From: Bdellovibrionota bacterium | GTDB lineage: Bacteria; Bdellovibrionota_G; JALEGL01; DATDPG01 | Assembly (NCBI GenBank): GCA_963668355.1 | Contig: OY764265.1 | Location: forward strand, 2,080,001-2,144,000 | Direction: 5' to 3' | DNA length: 64,000 bases | Shown: piece after piece, positions 61,102 through 64,000 of the stretch | Position numbering within the stretch: position 1 is the stretch's first letter | How the letters are laid out: every line of letters starts with the position of its first letter | The notes under the pieces: model-generated | What the model was told of the DNA's origin: nothing | Databases searched by the model: none | What the model saw: only the letters and a program-made list of their open reading frames with translations | Made by a program: the position numbers and the translations under genes

Positions 61102-62788
61102 TCAAGACCGGCATCAAAGACAAAAAAATCTTCATGAACGCTTGAAGTGGCTCATCGCATGTCGTTTGGCCATTGCTGCGGCATTTGTCATTGCGACGCT
61201 GGTTCTTCGCCCAGGAGAGGAAGCCACCGAAGGGTTCTCTTTTTTCGTTTTTCTTCTCATTACGGTCACCCACTTGGTGGTAGCCATCCTTTTTGGCTTA
61301 GGCTGGGAGTGGACGCCCCTAAAGTGGGTAAAGGTAGCTGCCCACTCACAAATTGTCTGGGATATTGTGTTTACGACCGCACTCATCTATGTGACCGGAG
61401 GCGTGGATAGCCGGTTCACCTTTCTTTATTGGTTAACCATTTTCAATGCTTCCGTCTTGTTTTTCAAAAAAGGAGCCTACACAGGAGCCTTTTTGAGCAG
61501 CTTATTTTATGGGGCTTTGATTGATTTCGAATTTCTGGGATGGATTCCCATGCAATTGGGTCCCTTGGGGGATTCCAATTCGTGGAGTGAACAAAAGGTG
61601 ATGGCGTCGATCTTCATGCACACCTGCGGCTTTTTCATCATTGCCTATTTTTCCAGCTATCTCTCCACGCGAGCCCGAGAAGTAGAGTCTCAGCTCAGTG
61701 CGAAGAGTGCGGATCTTGAGGATTTGGAAGTTCTCATGCGGAGAATTGTGGAAAGTCTAACCAGCGGATTGGCGACGTTAGATCCAAAAGGAAAAATAAA
61801 GTTTTGGAGTCAATCTGCGGAACAGATTTCAGGGTTAGGAGAGGTTGACGTTCGAGGAAAAAAATTCTCAGTCATTTTTCCGGGTGCCGAAGAGGCGATT
61901 GCACAGGGAGCAAATGGGGTGGTTCACGATCATCGTTCGTGGCGTTGGGAGGCGCCTTTTCAAACCAAAGATCATCGAAAATTGACTTTGGGTTTCTCCA
62001 TATCTCCTTTGCACAAAGCAAAAGGCGGAGAAAATGAATCGCTTGTGATTTTTCAGGACCTGACCGAGTACCGCGCGATGGAAGATAAGATCAAACGCCA
62101 AGATCGCTTGGCCGCAGTGGGAGAGCTGGCCGCTCGCATGGCGCATGAAATTCGAAATCCACTGACTTCCATGGCAGGTTCCATTGAAGTCCTAAAAAAT
62201 CAACTGAATTTGGAGAATCAAGACCGCAAGTTGATGGAAATCGTGGTTCGAGAAACCGATCGGCTCAATTTTTTATTAACGGACTTCTTGCGTTTTGCGC
62301 GTCCCACAGCCCCTCAGTGGGAGGATATAGATTTGTCCAATGCAATTCGCGAGACGATTGAGTTGTTTTCAAAGAGCCCCGGAAGAAACAGCGCCATTGA
62401 GTTCGATGTGGAGTTGGAGGAGGGCATCCTGATTCGAGGAGATGCAAAACAGATTTCACAAATGTTTTGGAATCTCTTGAAAAATGCTTCCGAAGCCATG
62501 CCGAAGGCAGGTGTGGTGAAATTTTCAGCCGTGTTGGAGGAAGCGGGTCGTTCGGTCCTTGTGCGCATCCAGGATGAAGGTGGCGGCATTCCATCTGAGA
62601 TTGAGGAACAAATTTTTCAACCCTTTTTCACCACAAAGGTGAGGGGAACGGGGCTAGGATTGGCGACGGTCAGGAGGGTCATTGAAGACCATGGAGGTTC
62701 CATTCAGTTGGATCGAAATGTATCCAAGGGAACGTGTTTTGTGGTGAGTTTCCCCTTAGTGGAAAAAGTAATGGAAGTAGGAGCTTGA
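61094..62788 (+). CDS. pilS: Sensor histidine kinase PilS
   Basis: TM region with TGGVDS; PAS domain; AHEIRNPL; PFFTTK; position in the pil cluster. Confidence 0.88.
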   Translation: MADQDRHQRQKNLHERLKWLIACRLAIAAAFVIATLVLRPGEEATEGFSFFVFLLITVTHLVVAILFGLGWEWTPLKWVKVAAHSQIVWDIVFTTALIYVTGGVDSRFTFLYWLTIFNASVLFFKKGAYTGAFLSSLFYGALIDFEFLGWIPMQLGPLGDSNSWSEQKVMASIFMHTCGFFIIAYFSSYLSTRAREVESQLSAKSADLEDLEVLMRRIVESLTSGLATLDPKGKIKFWSQSAEQISGLGEVDVRGKKFSVIFPGAEEAIAQGANGVVHDHRSWRWEAPFQTKDHRKLTLGFSISPLHKAKGGENESLVIFQDLTEYRAMEDKIKRQDRLAAVGELAARMAHEIRNPLTSMAGSIEVLKNQLNLENQDRKLMEIVVRETDRLNFLLTDFLRFARPTAPQWEDIDLSNAIRETIELFSKSPGRNSAIEFDVELEEGILIRGDAKQISQMFWNLLKNASEAMPKAGVVKFSAVLEEAGRSVLVRIQDEGGGIPSEIEEQIFQPFFTTKVRGTGLGLATVRRVIEDHGGSIQLDRNVSKGTCFVVSFPLVEKVMEVGA

Positions 62789-62792
62789 GACG

Positions 62793-64000
62793 ATGGCAAG
62801 GCTTTTGGTTGTTGATGACGAACAATCCATTTTAGAGTTTTTCGAAATCCTCTTGGAACGAGAAGGCTATGAGGTCGAAGTCGTTTCGCACGGAAAAGAG
62901 GCCATCGAAAAAGTGTCTCAGGAACCCTTTGACCTGGTCATAACCGACCTATCCATGCCAGAGGTCGATGGAATGATGGTGTTGGAGAAAGTGAAAGAGA
63001 TTTCCCCTGAAACCGTGGTCCTGATGGTTACGGCATTTGCCACGGCGGAGTCCGCGGTGGAGGCCATGAAAAAAGGTGCGTACGACTACCTCATGAAGCC
63101 GTTTAAGGTGGACGAAATTCGTTTGGTGATTCGAAACGCTTTGGAAAAAGCTCACCTGCGAAGGGAAAACGTGAATCTCAAAAAGCAGGTTCATCGTGAA
63201 AAGGGTTTCGCCAATTTGATTGGTTCCAGCCGAAGCATGCGTGAGGTTTTCGACATCATTGGTCGCGTGGCTTCTGGAAAAGCCAGCGTACTCATTGTTG
63301 GGGAAAGCGGAACGGGAAAAGAGTTGGTGGCCAAAGCCATTCATGAAAACTCTCCACGGAGTGAGAAGCCTTTTGTCACGATTAACTGCGCGGCGATTCC
63401 AGAAAATCTGATTGAAAGCGAATTGTTTGGGTATGTGAGAGGCGCATTTACCGGAGCCCATGCCAACAAAATGGGGTTGTTTGAGGCGGCTCATGGGGGA
63501 ACGCTGTTTCTGGATGAAATAGGCGAATTACCTCCCCAGGTTCAGGTGAAGTTATTGCGCGTTCTTCAAGAACGCTCCGTTCGTCGAATTGGAAGTACGA
63601 CCTCCTCCCCCGTGGATGTTCGGATTCTTTCAGCGACCAATCGGGACTTGGAAGAAGCCATTGAGCAAGGCATTTTCAGGGAGGATCTTTTTTATCGATT
63701 GAATGTCATTCAACTCGGCCTTCCCGCTTTGAGAGAACGGAAAGAAGATATCCCTCTCTTGGCCCGTTTCTTTTTAGAGAGATATGCCAAAGAGCACGAA
63801 AAGGACTTGGAGGGGATTTCTCCTGAGGCAATGGACCTGATTCAAAACTATGATTTTCCGGGGAATGTTCGGGAGTTGGAGAATGTGATCGAACAATGTG
63901 TAACGTTCGAAACCACTTCCATGATTTCCTCTCAAACCCTTCCCGAAAAAGTTCGTTTAGCGGCAAAAACCATGGTGTCTCAAACGGCGTTGTTCCCAAA
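62793..64000 (+). CDS. pilR: Sigma-54-dependent response regulator PilR (3'-truncated by window)
   Basis: Translated by hand: MARLLVVDDE.., GESGTGKE, GAFTGA, LFLDE, PGNVRELEN. Confidence 0.9.
   Translation, partial: MARLLVVDDEQSILEFFEILLEREGYEVEVVSHGKEAIEKVSQEPFDLVITDLSMPEVDGMMVLEKVKEISPETVVLMVTAFATAESAVEAMKKGAYDYLMKPFKVDEIRLVIRNALEKAHLRRENVNLKKQVHREKGFANLIGSSRSMREVFDIIGRVASGKASVLIVGESGTGKELVAKAIHENSPRSEKPFVTINCAAIPENLIESELFGYVRGAFTGAHANKMGLFEAAHGGTLFLDEIGELPPQVQVKLLRVLQERSVRRIGSTTSSPVDVRILSATNRDLEEAIEQGIFREDLFYRLNVIQLGLPALRERKEDIPLLARFFLERYAKEHEKDLEGISPEAMDLIQNYDFPGNVRELENVIEQCVTFETTSMISSQTLPEKVRLAAKTMVSQTALFP

Overview
Moderate-GC bacterial chromosome segment. The gene set (ribF-pilB-pilT-pilC-pilS-pilR, a PEGA-domain Ser/Thr kinase, PilZ proteins, a MYXO-CTERM-like sorting signal, Planctomycete-type cytochrome c lipoproteins) suggests a Bdellovibrionota/Myxococcota-like 'deltaproteobacterium'; this is inference. 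Core genes: aspA, tig-clpP-clpX-lon, fbaB, hemE-hemG, a divergent lexA / imuA-imuB-dnaE2 SOS cassette, a type IV pilus cluster and four tRNAs (Asp, Val, Leu, Gly). The accessory region at about 6.8-30 kb holds a cytochrome-c lipoprotein/Tat operon and three paralogous secreted lectin-like proteins, all behind sigma-54-like promoters, plus a RAYT remnant and REP-like palindromes. The strongest result is a complete 1.19-kb IS110 element (19376-20564) inserted into one arm of a REP-like palindrome at an AC/GT core; an uninterrupted copy of that palindrome lies 1.9 kb away. Its non-coding end contains a readable bridge RNA with four guide segments matching the REP target and the element's own donor junction. 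Other notable observations: miniature tRNA-3'-end duplications sharing a hairpin motif, a 27-bp lexA/imuA intergenic region with a perfect palindrome, and many sigma-70-like promoters lacking the -7 T. All calls were made by eye; no database searches were run.
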